A stretch of DNA of 63,396 bases, the filler included, from Cercozoa sp. M6MM (lineage: Eukaryota > Protista > Endomyxa: Ascetosporea), in assembly GCA_040357565.1 (NCBI GenBank). It is 12 parts of 12 records of this genome, joined end to end, with 100 filler letters (N's around TTAATTAATTAA, not from the genome) between each part and the next. Parts side by side here need not be neighbours in the genome. Positions count along the whole stretch, not along the records: positions 8,046 to 18,664 come from JBDODJ010000432.1; positions 18,765 to 22,838 come from JBDODJ010001228.1; positions 22,939 to 29,493 come from JBDODJ010000720.1; 9 more parts are not named here. One strand, 5' to 3'. The notes below the pieces were generated by a model that was given only the letters and a program-made list of their open reading frames with translations, made no database searches and had not been told where the DNA came from. This document shows positions 13,127-27,676 of this stretch, piece by piece. Each line of letters begins with the position of its first letter. Position 1 is the stretch's first letter. The position numbers and the translations under genes are program-made.

Positions 13127-13570
13127 TTAGCGACGCGTGTCGACCGTCTTGACCGAGCGGACGCGGCGGTCGGCGGCGGCGCGGCCACGCACGATACGCG
13201 AGTGGATGGCGGCCGAGATCGAGTAGTGGTGCTTCACGTAGACCTTCGGGAACACGCAGTTGTCGGCACCGTAGGCGCAGTTGTCCTTGATGTCCGAGCG
13301 CGTCGGGCCGTCGAACATCGTGCGGGCCGACGTGCGCTTCACAGCCTTATCCTGAAGGACAAAACACCGCGAATAACACAAAACCGCAAACTAGCACCAA
13401 ACGCTAACAACGCACCTTGGGCACAGCGCGAGCCGTCTTGTCGCAGCGCACGAACTTGACGTGGCCACGGCCCTTGCGGTTCTTACCTCCGTTACGGCGC
13501 TTCTTCTGCGCACGACAATCGAATCAAATCATGCTACTCGGCCAGCGCGCACACCCGTTGCCACTCGCAT
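13127..13570 (-). CDS. RPS26: 40S ribosomal protein eS26
   Basis: MR|[30 protein letters not shown]|DKAVKR...[21 protein letters not shown]; two introns. Confidence 0.97.
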
Positions 13571-13912
13571 CTTGCAGGCCTTTGGACCACGCGACACAGC
13601 TGTTGTCACAGCTGTTGTCACGGGAACGGGCTGGCCAGCGCAAGTGCGGTGGCGGGCGGCGGAGAAAAATCGACAGAGAAACGGCGCAGCAATGCCGACC
13701 GCTGGCTAGTTTGTGGGGGCAACGTACGGTCATTGTGTGAAGTGAATCCAAAAAAAGTCGGGCGGAGAAATTTTGTATTTTTGGTCCAAAAGGCTGGTCA
13801 CCGGCGTTCCGGACGAGTACATTTTTGGCCATTTTCGTGCGCCTGGCGTGTTCTTAAGCACACAGGTGTTGTTTTCATTGCTTGTTAGTGGTCTAACTGA
13901 CGCGACGACACC

Positions 13913-18123
<4,211 letters not shown>

Positions 18124-18763
18124 AGACAGCCGAGCGCGCTGGACGGTTGGAGCTGAATTTAGCTCGGTTAGTTAGTTAGTTGTCTTATATGAACAAACCA
18201 ACCAAGTACGGTAGTTTCCCTGCACCAGCACCAGTCCGGTGTTACCGCAGCCTCTCAGATAGGGATCAGGTCTTGGTAAATTGAGGGTACTTTGCCAGTG
18301 ATACAAAAAAACTAAGGAACGTAAGAAAGTCTGAGTTGGCGTGAAGTAAGAAGAGGAAAGAAGAAAGAAGGGTTTCTGGAAACCCAGGAAATCAGATTAC
18401 CTAATCGAGAGAGCCCTTCTTTGAGTTCAGCTGCAAAAAACTTGCTCAAGGCTTCCCTACTTAAACGCAGGTGTTCCAAAGTCCGGACTGAAGCTCTCAG
18501 TAGGTTAGGATACCAGCGAACACACGTCAAAATCTTCCACACCTCTCTTGAGGTTTTTTGTAAGTTAAGTTTAGTTTATTAAAATGGCTTCCGCGCGGAT
18601 AAAGTAGATCATGCTGCTACACTCTGCAGTGTGGCCATGATCGTAACTGCACTACAGAACGGGANNNNNNNNNNNNNNNNNNNNNNNNNNNNNNNNNNNN
18701 NNNNNNNNTTAATTAATTAANNNNNNNNNNNNNNNNNNNNNNNNNNNNNNNNNNNNNNNNNNN

Positions 18764-19425
18764 NGCCGCAACCGAAGGCGCCCGGGATGCAGCACGTGCC
18801 GCCCAGCACCGTCGGGTACATGGCATCCAGCACACGCTGACTGTACGGGGGGGGGGGGGTAAAGGGTAAAGGCAAAGGGTGGGTATGCAAAAGGCCTACC
18901 CCGTCAACATCGGCTCAGTGGCCTGCACCTTCTCGCGCACGGGACGCGGCTCACGCACCGGCCAGAAGTGCGACATGAACACGTCGTGCTCCTCGCCACT
19001 CAGCGGGTCCTTCAGCTTGGCGATCGCGTCGTCCAGTGTGTACTGGCCCTCGGCCGCCTGACACACGCACACACATGCACATGCACATTATATATGTATC
19101 CATATAATCAGGTACCAGGAAGGACAGCTCGCCGCGCATGTGCGGCGGCACCATGATCTTGTGCAGCACCAGTTCGTTCTCCGGCACAGTGCCAAGCAAC
19201 TCGCCGCCGCTCACCAGCGTGCCCACTACAAAAAGGCAGGCGGTAAGGATAGCGAGGTAGCAGGGGTGAGGATCGAAGGACTACCTGTGAGGTTGGTCGG
19301 CGTGAAGTGCCACGGCTTCTCATGATCGAGCGCGTTGATGGAGACACCGCGCGGAATGTACAGCGACTGCGTCTGCTCGAAGATCTTTTCGAGCCTGTGG
19401 AAAGCAACATTGTCAATTATATACA

Positions 19426-19457
<32 letters not shown>

Positions 19458-20094
19458 ATTTCTGTATGCGGAGAACTCACGGTCGCTGGATGCCGTCGAA
19501 AATGTTGCGCAGGATGCCCGGACCCTAATGAACACACAGCAGAGATAGCGTCCACAAAGCGACCCAGAGAGGGAGGGCAGAAGGGCAGAGCATACGAGTT
19601 CAACACTGAGCGGCTTGCCCGTGCGCTTGACAGGATCACCACGACGCAGACCGGCCGTCTCCTCATAGCACTGGATCGACGCCTGCACCAGCAAGGTTGT
19701 TCACACAGACACACACACACGCACACATACACCGAGGAAGACAAAGAGAGAGCTCTACAGTGTCGCCGTCGAGACGGATGATTTCGCCGACAATGCCCGA
19801 GTGACCGACGCGAACGAGCTCGTACATTGCCGAGCCGCTCATCTTTTCGGCCACAACAACTGTCCAAACAAACGTGTCACTCGACTCGTATCAAACACTG
19901 GCTCGTTGCACCCAGGAATGACAAGTCAGCACAGCGAAAACAAGCGAAGTGTTTCGTTGTTCTCGCCGGCCGGCATCGCACATTCCGAGCTTGCAATCTC
20001 ACAATCGCACATCCTAGCGACCAGAAACGATATGGAACAACTCACGTGGGCCTGCCACCTTGAGGATGATGCCCGACGGCAGCTCTCCCTTCAT
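18764..20094 (-). CDS. ATP6V1A: V-type ATPase catalytic subunit A, 5' part
   Basis: [55 protein letters not shown] and [13 protein letters not shown] at the contig edge. Confidence 0.97.
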
Positions 20095-20224
20095 GTTTTC
20101 AACAAAAAACTAAAACGAGGAACGCACGAAGCCAGATGCCACAGCACTGGGTAAATGCAATCAAGTGCACACTCGTTGATGCCCTGGATGTGCGTGTTGT
20201 AGTAGGTGGTGTGACCTGGCTCAG

Positions 20225-20260
20225 TTTGCCTATCGGCTCAAATGAGCCGATATTGGCAAA
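20225..20260. promoter_or_regulatory. Inverted repeat in a divergent promoter
   Basis: TTTGCC-TATCGGCTCA-aa-TGAGCCGATA-tt-GGCAAA between the V-ATPase A gene and the next gene. Confidence 0.5.
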
Positions 20261-20489
20261 AGCTGCGATTTTCGCCTTGCAGAGGTGTGTGGTGCATTTA
20301 AACTGCTCTTAGTCTTATTTTTGTCCGATAAAATTAACGGAGTTGCCAGGGAGGTTACTTTTCGGCGTGGGCGAAACTATGTGCTTCTCCGGGAGAAACG
20401 CAGGGCGGTGATTTGCGCAATCTCCTGGAGCAAGTGCCGTCCCAGTTTCACTCTCGTGCAGTGCTTAGTCACGCAGCTTAGTCGTTGCA

Positions 20490-21347
20490 ATGCCTCAAGC
20501 GACGGATCGGCGAAACCTGGTTGTGCTGCAGATCGCTTTCAGGGATTTTCTGTACTCGAATCTGAAATGCCGACTCGCCCCAGACCAACGCAATGTGCTG
20601 GCCGGTCATTTTTTCGACCTTTTCGCACTTCTCGTTCCAAATTTGAATGAAGTTGCGCCGCCTATTTCGGAAGCAAGCGCTGCTGTATTTGACGATTTCA
20701 TCCATTCGTTTGGAGGTACAGTAAATACTACTGCTGGACATGTGTAGCCTTTGTCAAACTGCGTCGCTTGCAGCCAATTTGCACCACCTGCAGTTGGTGT
20801 TGCAGCAAACCGAAAATCCCGAGATTGAACCAGTTCTGAGTGGCGATCTGCTCGCGGAGAGTTCCAACTTCAGTCGAGATGGGCTTTCTGCGCGTGCGGC
20901 AGCCGTGACGACTGCAGGGTCCAGTTCGCAAAATGACTGCGAGAACAACACGGAACAGGAATCGCTCAAGTCGGACACACTGTTTCACGAACTCGAAACG
21001 CACTTTCACGACATCTGCGGGGAACTGCAACGAATGGTGAGGTCGATTCTTGTCACTGCGCTGTACCCAATACGCTTTGATATGTTCATACTAAATTTAA
21101 TCTCTAACCGGTTCAGAATGAAGAAGACATGATGCGGCCAAAATCCGCGCACGCGCGGAGACCGAATCGGCGCAAACGCCGAAAGAAAATGTGTAGCGCA
21201 AGTGGTGCTTCTCATCGGCCTGCCACGGTGCATGCCATCAGCCGGGATCGCCTAAAACGAATCGAAACGTCATACCGAACTGACCCAGTTTCTAGAACCG
21301 GCAAGTCAAAGAGCGTTCGAAGACGAAGGCCAACGCTTACGAATTAA
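20490..21347 (+). CDS. Hypothetical protein
   Basis: Three ORF segments joinable by short GT-AG introns, with a basic C-terminus. Confidence 0.4.
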
Positions 21348-21550
21348 GTTTCGTTATTTAAGTGTGACCCTGTCGACCCCAGAAACAGAGTTCGTGACCG
21401 TAGGCATTAATATTGTCAAGACGACCAACAAGAACCGGAGTCCATACTTTTAATTTCCAACACAACTGTGCTGGAGTTGTTCCAGTTCAGTAAACTTGGA
21501 AACAACGTAAGTCGTGGCGTGCTGATACTTGTTTAACGTGCGTAGTGTCA

Positions 21551-22713
21551 ATGTCGGCGCCGAATGCACACAGCCTGATCGCGAGTGTAGGTTTTTGGAT
21601 CTTGTACATGTGTTTTTGTTGTTTCTGTCACGAAAAACATGTTTTTTAGAGGCGTCTAACGCGCCTCGTGAAAAACCTCGCCCAGCGTGGACGTGTACTG
21701 TTGCTTGAGATCTGTAATATTCGCAAACAGTGTGGTTTTGGCAGTTGAGTGTTGGCTACACGTCGGCACAGACACCCGAGGTCATTGATCGCGTGCACCT
21801 CGGCGGCGTCTCTGCCGACATTCTGGAGCCGTACCTCCTTTTACCTCTTGACCCCGTTTACTATTTACCCTCCTGTTACCCCTCTATCTCCTCTTTCCTC
21901 TCCCCCTCCCCCGGGCAGGAGAGTACCGGAGTTAGTACCGCGGAACTACGACAACGGGGACGTGCAGTCCGTGTTGGAAGTGTGTTTACCCCCCTTCCCT
22001 TTTTCTTTACACATTTGCTCTGTTACCTCTTGACCTCCTTAACTTGTTCCCTTTACCCCCCCCCGTCCTTGGGCAGCACCTGCGGTGGCTGCTGCAGAAG
22101 GACGTGCTGCGGCAGGACGTGTGTCTGCTGGGTCCGCCCGGAAGTGGTCGGCGGCGACTGGCGCTGCGTTTCGCGCAACTGACTCGGCGCGAGGTGGAGT
22201 TTCTCACGCTGACACGTGACACCACGGCGGCCGACTTGAAGCAGCGACGAGAGATACGTGTCGACTCTGCCACCGGTCATGTCGACACGTGCGTCGTTGA
22301 CGAGGCACCTGTGCGTGCCGCCTTGTTCGGACGGTTTGCCCCCCCCCNNNNNNNNNNNNNNNNNNNNNNNNNNNNNNNNNNNNNNNNNNNNNNNNNNNNN
22401 NNNNNNNNNNNNNNNNNNNNNNNNNNNNNNNNNNNNNNNNNNNNNNNCCCCCCCCTGTTTACCCCCCCTCCCACAGGGAGATGCAGCTGGACGACGGACG
22501 GTTCTTGGTGGCGCCGGAACGTTTCGACGAACTGCTGGCGGTACCTTCCACGTGTCCGACTGACTGGGTGACCACGTGGGTGACTGGGTGACCACGTGAG
22601 TGACTGGGGACTGGGTGGGTGGACCACGTGGGCAGAGCAAGAAGGCCTCCGAGTCGGAGTTGCGACGCGACGGAATTCTGCGCGTCGATCCGCGCTTCCG
22701 CGTCATTGGCATC
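21551..22713 (+). CDS. VWA8: VWA8-like AAA+ ATPase, 5' part
   Basis: PELVP..HLRWLLQKDVLRQDVCLLGPPG..EVEFLTLTRDTTAADLKQRREI and REMQLDDGRFL..RVDPRFRVIGIG. One exon is lost in the N gap. Confidence 0.9.
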
Positions 22714-22838
22714 GGTTTTACCCCCCTGTTTACCCCCCTGTTTACCCCCCCTGTTTACCCCCTGTTTACCCCCTGTTTACCCCCCTGATTACCCCCCTGT
22801 TTACCCCCCTGTTTACCCCCCTGTTTACCCCCCCTTAC
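22714..22838 (+). repeat. C-rich intronic minisatellite (TGTTTACCCCCC)n
   Basis: About 10 tandem units. Related arrays occur at 7888-7945, 29728-29820, 37311-37404, 41320-41366 and 41620-41666. Confidence 0.9.
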
Positions 22839-22941
22839 NNNNNNNNNNNNNNNNNNNNNNNNNNNNNNNNNNNNNNNNNNNNTTAATTAATTAANNNNNN
22901 NNNNNNNNNNNNNNNNNNNNNNNNNNNNNNNNNNNNNNGCC

Positions 22942-23025
<84 letters not shown>

Positions 23026-23039
23026 ATGTGTGTGTGCAG

Positions 23040-24202
23040 GACCTGTGCAAGAAGGGCACGAAGGAAGGCGAGAAGAAGGTGGCCGAGTCGCTCGGAATCG
23101 TGGCGGTGCTCGTTTATGTCGTCGCTTTCGTTATGAGCGGTTTCTTGTTCCCGCTGCGCGGTGAGTCAGCCTTCCTGATGGCGCTGAATGCGGCCCTGCT
23201 GAGCAGCACTCTGATGGCCTTCCTCGGCTTTGTCGACGACTTCCTCGACGTGCCTTGGCGTATCAAGATGGTCGCACCTTGCGTTGGCTCGCTTCCTTTG
23301 GTGCAGCACCCTACCTGTCCTGTCCCTTCAGTTACCCATGCGTTTTTTTATATTCTACAGCTACTGACGTACTACCTAATGAGTGACCTCACGGTGGTTG
23401 TGGTTCCTCTGCCCTTTCGCGCGGTTCTGGGCCATACCATTGATCTCGGCCTACTATACTATCTGTAGGTTTCTCCGCTCAGACAACCTTGTGCACGTAG
23501 CTGATGTTGTACTTGGTGTGTCCTGTGCAGTTACATGCTGATGCTGGCGGTGTTCCTGAGCAATGCGGTGAACATCCTGGCCGGTGTCAACGGCGTCGAG
23601 GCCGGTCAGTCGGCGGTGATAGCGGCGGCCTGCCTTGTGCACAATCTGCTCGTTCTGCGCGATCCTCGCAGCGACGACACTCTGCGCAGACAGCACCTGC
23701 TGAGTGTCTTTGTGCTGGCGCCTTTCCTCGCTGTTTCTTTCGGTCTGCTGCGTCACAATTTCTTCCCTGCCAGGTGTCTCTTCTTCTTGCTTTGGTATCT
23801 CCTCCACCTGCAAATCCCTGTGTGTAAATGTCCTGCAGAGTCTTTGTGGGTGACACCTACACGACGTTCGCCGGCATGACACTCGCTGTGGCCGCCATCC
23901 TGGGACACTACAGCAAGACACTCATGCTCTTCTGCGTGCCGCAGGTCGTCAACTTTGTCATGTCGCTGCCGCAACTGTTCCGACTCTTCGGCTACACATG
24001 TCCCAGACACCGCATCCCGTCCTTTAACGCGCGCACCGGGAGACTCGAATCGTCGCGCAACCTGACGCTGCTCAACCTGACGCTCGAACTCCTGGGCAGC
24101 ATGAGCGAGCGTGCACTCGTACTAAACGTGCTCGGCTTCCAGGTCGCCTGCTGCGTCGCCGGTCTCGTCGTGCGCCACGTCGTTGCCGACTCGTTCTTTT
24201 GA
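23040..24202 (+). CDS. DPAGT1: UDP-GlcNAc:dolichyl-phosphate GlcNAc-1-phosphotransferase (5' truncated)
   Basis: [51 protein letters not shown] and CPRHRIP. Confidence 0.96.
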
Positions 24203-24581
24203 TTTCCGTTGACGTTCGATTATCACATTCGATTACAATTCGATTCTTCGCGTCGGGTCGCGAGTGCCGTGTCATACGAGATTCGATTCCCGGTACCGTA
24301 AACTTACGTCATGCCTTCCGTTGAGTTGTAGTACGCTATCTCCCCTTCCCCCTCCCGCTAGCTGCCTGACGCCGCACTTCTGCCGAGTGCGACGTCGACG
24401 TCTGAACCTCGCCGACAACTGAGTTGCATTTCCGCCGTGAAATGAACAAGCTAGTTCTGATTTAAAGTTTGTTTTGATTTGCCTTGTCGATCATGCAGTT
24501 TGATTAGTTCAACGACGTTCTGTCGGTTCCGAGTTCGACTCGGTTTCGGTTTCTGTTGTATCGCTTCCTTCCGTTCCGTGG

Positions 24582-25103
24582 TCACATATCCATGTCTCCG
24601 GCATCGATAGGACCCGACACATCGGCCTCATTGCCTGTTGAATGAACGTAACAATATATTAAATATTTACATCGCTCTAAAACGTGATAATGATTGTACG
24701 AAGTTGGACAGCGTTGCAAGGAGCGCACAATGCGCCTGCACAGAAAGACAGTTTTGATGAAGTTGCAACGAATAAACAAGGAGAAACTGCAAAACCGACC
24801 GATGCAGATGTCAGCAAGGCAAGTGCCCTCGATGCCATAACCCTCGCGCACTATGTTGCGCGCCACGGCACCCGTCACGCAGCAGCAGTTGAAGCACCTG
24901 CAAACCTCAAGCATATGGAGTGAATATTAAGTTTACATTGTAGCTCAAAAATGATACCAGTTGGAGCTATCGCAGCGGTTACGTGCACTTGCGAGTGCAC
25001 AAGGCGTGCAGAGGAAGGAGTAGAGGCAGATTCCTGCTCCAGCAGAACAACAGTTGCAGAGTCCCGCTGACCATTCCTTTGTCATCACTTTCTTTGGCGA
25101 CAT
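24582..25103 (-). CDS. PLAC8-family cysteine-rich protein
   Basis: WSAGLCNCC..CLYSFLCTPC..RNIVREGYGIEGTCLADIC..LCAPCNAVQL; three introns. Confidence 0.85.
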
Positions 25104-25573
25104 GCAGCTCCTGTTTTCGGTGTTGCCTCTCAATAAAAAAACGTCTCTGCTTTTTTTTGCAGTCTTGATGCACTTGAGTTCGTCTCAGTCACGAACCGTC
25201 GGCTATTTGCACTCTCAAAGTACTATTTACTGCGTGTAACCGCAATAAAACGTGCAAAGACAGCTCTAAAAGTCTACATTTCAGCCGGACAAATGCGAAA
25301 ACTATAATTTACGAATTGAGAAAGCAAAATACGAAATGGTCGCCTTTTTCAAATTTGGCAGTTTAAAGCTTATACAGACGTAACTGACGAACTCTAACAT
25401 TGCTAAGATTTTCTCTAAATTTGAACATGTGCCCATTGGTCCGGTGAGATGCGAGCAAGTTGGGATTTGTCGAGAAACGTTCAGTTTCGCGCGTAAACTC
25501 GAACACAAACTTCAACACTGCTGGCTGTGCTTAAGAGCATTAGGAAAGCTGTATTATTGGGGACACTCTGACA

Positions 25574-25643
25574 ATGCAGTCCGCCATCTCGAACGAACTG
25601 CGGCGCACAGTAAATCAATGACACTCAACTCAATTCAGCTGTG

Positions 25644-25720
<77 letters not shown>

Positions 25721-27412
25721 ACAGTTGGAGTGCATTTTTTGCTCCAGAACACGCTTGACCAACGACGAGAACGTACAGAAACACAGGTTTCTGCCACCAA
25801 GTGGTAGTTTCGAGTCATACGAAAGAGTTCGTTTGTGCCACAGTTTGAGTCTTGTCACCAGTGACGAAAATGCGCGCGCATTCAGAGCAAAGTCGCTCGT
25901 TGATGAATTGTACCAGTTTGGAATGCTCCCATATACTGTACATTAAACGCGTTTTGTGTTTGCAGGGCGCTGTTTGCACGCTGGTTGCGTCTGCTGTTCG
26001 TGAGTGATTTGGACGATGCAAAGCACGTGAGCGACGACTCGGTAGAGGAGCAAGTGTCAATACCGGATGCCATTGACGCCATGCTGCGTAACGTGACTGG
26101 AGACAACATCGCCGACGTGTGCGGTAACACTGCAGTGCTATCACGTATTCTTCTTCGCTTGGACGAGCGACGACACAGCAGCAAATACGAGCCGTTGTCT
26201 GCGTCGGCGAAACTGCGGCTGGAGAAGATGCTGACGCGCTCCAACTTTGACCAAAGCGAGATTGCGAGTCGCTTGACGTTTATGAGGCTGGAAAACATGA
26301 GTAGTGAGCTCACTGTGTCTTCTTGTTTTTCGAACACGTGAGATTAACTGTAACGATGCTGTAGACCTGCTCAAATTGCTGAACACGAACCAACTAGTGA
26401 AAGGAAACGACTTCAACACCGAAGAGGTGGTGCACGGCCATCCCAAGGCAGTATTGAATGTGTTGTGGCAGATCTTGTACCGCTACGGCGATGGACTGCG
26501 CCCACGCAAGTCAAACAAGTCAAAAAAGAATGAGAAACCTCAGCACACATTGTACATGCATGACGTTGAGACAGGCAGTGAATGGGACATGACAGATAAC
26601 CTCTCGGACGAGAGTTCAGAAGCTGAGCTCTGCATTGTTCGCTGGTTGCGCCAGGCAGAAGAAACACAAGAAGCACAAGAGAAGCAGAAACCCACTGTTC
26701 CGACAGAGCCCAGTGAAATGCAAGAACGGGGAAGCAACCAAGTTCAGGAGATGCACGAGCCTCAACTGACAGCGACCGAGGAGACGAAACACGACGAACT
26801 CGACGAAAGCGTGGCAGAAAGCAGCATGCTAGTGGAACCACCTTCCCAACAAGAAGCTTGGAGCGATGTTGTTGACTTTACCAAAGTACTCTCAGTACTC
26901 TCTGTCTACTAGCCGAAGTGATTCTGCACAAAATGTAGGGAGTACCAGCCTACCGCATGAAGAAGAGAATGTGTCGACGGCAGCTACGACGCAAGCGTGG
27001 ATTGCTCGTCCTCACTTTCGTCGAGGCCGCAGAGGAACCTGTGTGGCTTTTTGCCTCCGACATTCCCTCTCGGTGGCGACGATGTACACACGGAGCAGTC
27101 AGTCCGCGCTCAGACCTTCGAACCAACCAACGTAAGTGTAACTGGCACCACATCCCGGCCGAAGAGGTACCGTAACCCTCAACAAGGCAGTCTTATCTGT
27201 CAGTTGACTTAATGTTTGTGTATTGCCAGGTGGTTCGGGCAGTCACTTGCGCCGTGAAGGAGAGTCAGGCCGACGAGATGCACATGTACGGCGACTTGAC
27301 ACTTGAAAGCGGCGGGAAACGACATGGTGCACTTCGACTCGACGAGTCAGTCGACCCGCAGGCTGCGCTTCAAGCTGTGCTTGGAATCACCGAGCAGCAG
27401 CATGATCATTAA
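25574..27412 (+). CDS. Calponin-homology-domain protein (ASPM-like)
   Basis: NCNDAVDLLK..FNTEEVVHGHPKAVLNVLWQILYRY is a CH-domain C-terminal motif, followed by an acidic region. Confidence 0.6.
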
Positions 27413-27676
27413 GTAGCTACGCCAGCACGAGTAATTGAGTGATCGATGTAGTTGTGCTGGCAAACTACTCGACTGCACCAGTACCAGACTCCTCACCGGC
27501 ACCCATAATCCCAAATTAGACCAGGACTCAGCATTGGAATACGACAGGGGGAACTACTGTACACAATTACGTGAATCAGTCGGTTCTTTCTTTAGTAAAC
27601 TCGCTGAACCGAACTACAGTAACTCCAGAAACTAGCCGTAGATGGATACGCTGTTTGAAGTGGTTCACGTCTGATG

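Noticed and set aside
22550-22632. GTGACTGGGTGACCAC direct repeats as a possible CRISPR array
   Set aside because: Tandem with no unique spacers, inside a eukaryotic intron.
24503-24545. tRNA-like A/B box words and the hairpin CCGAGTTCGACTCGG
   Set aside because: The spacing is too short and no cloverleaf forms. It lies between convergent 3' ends.
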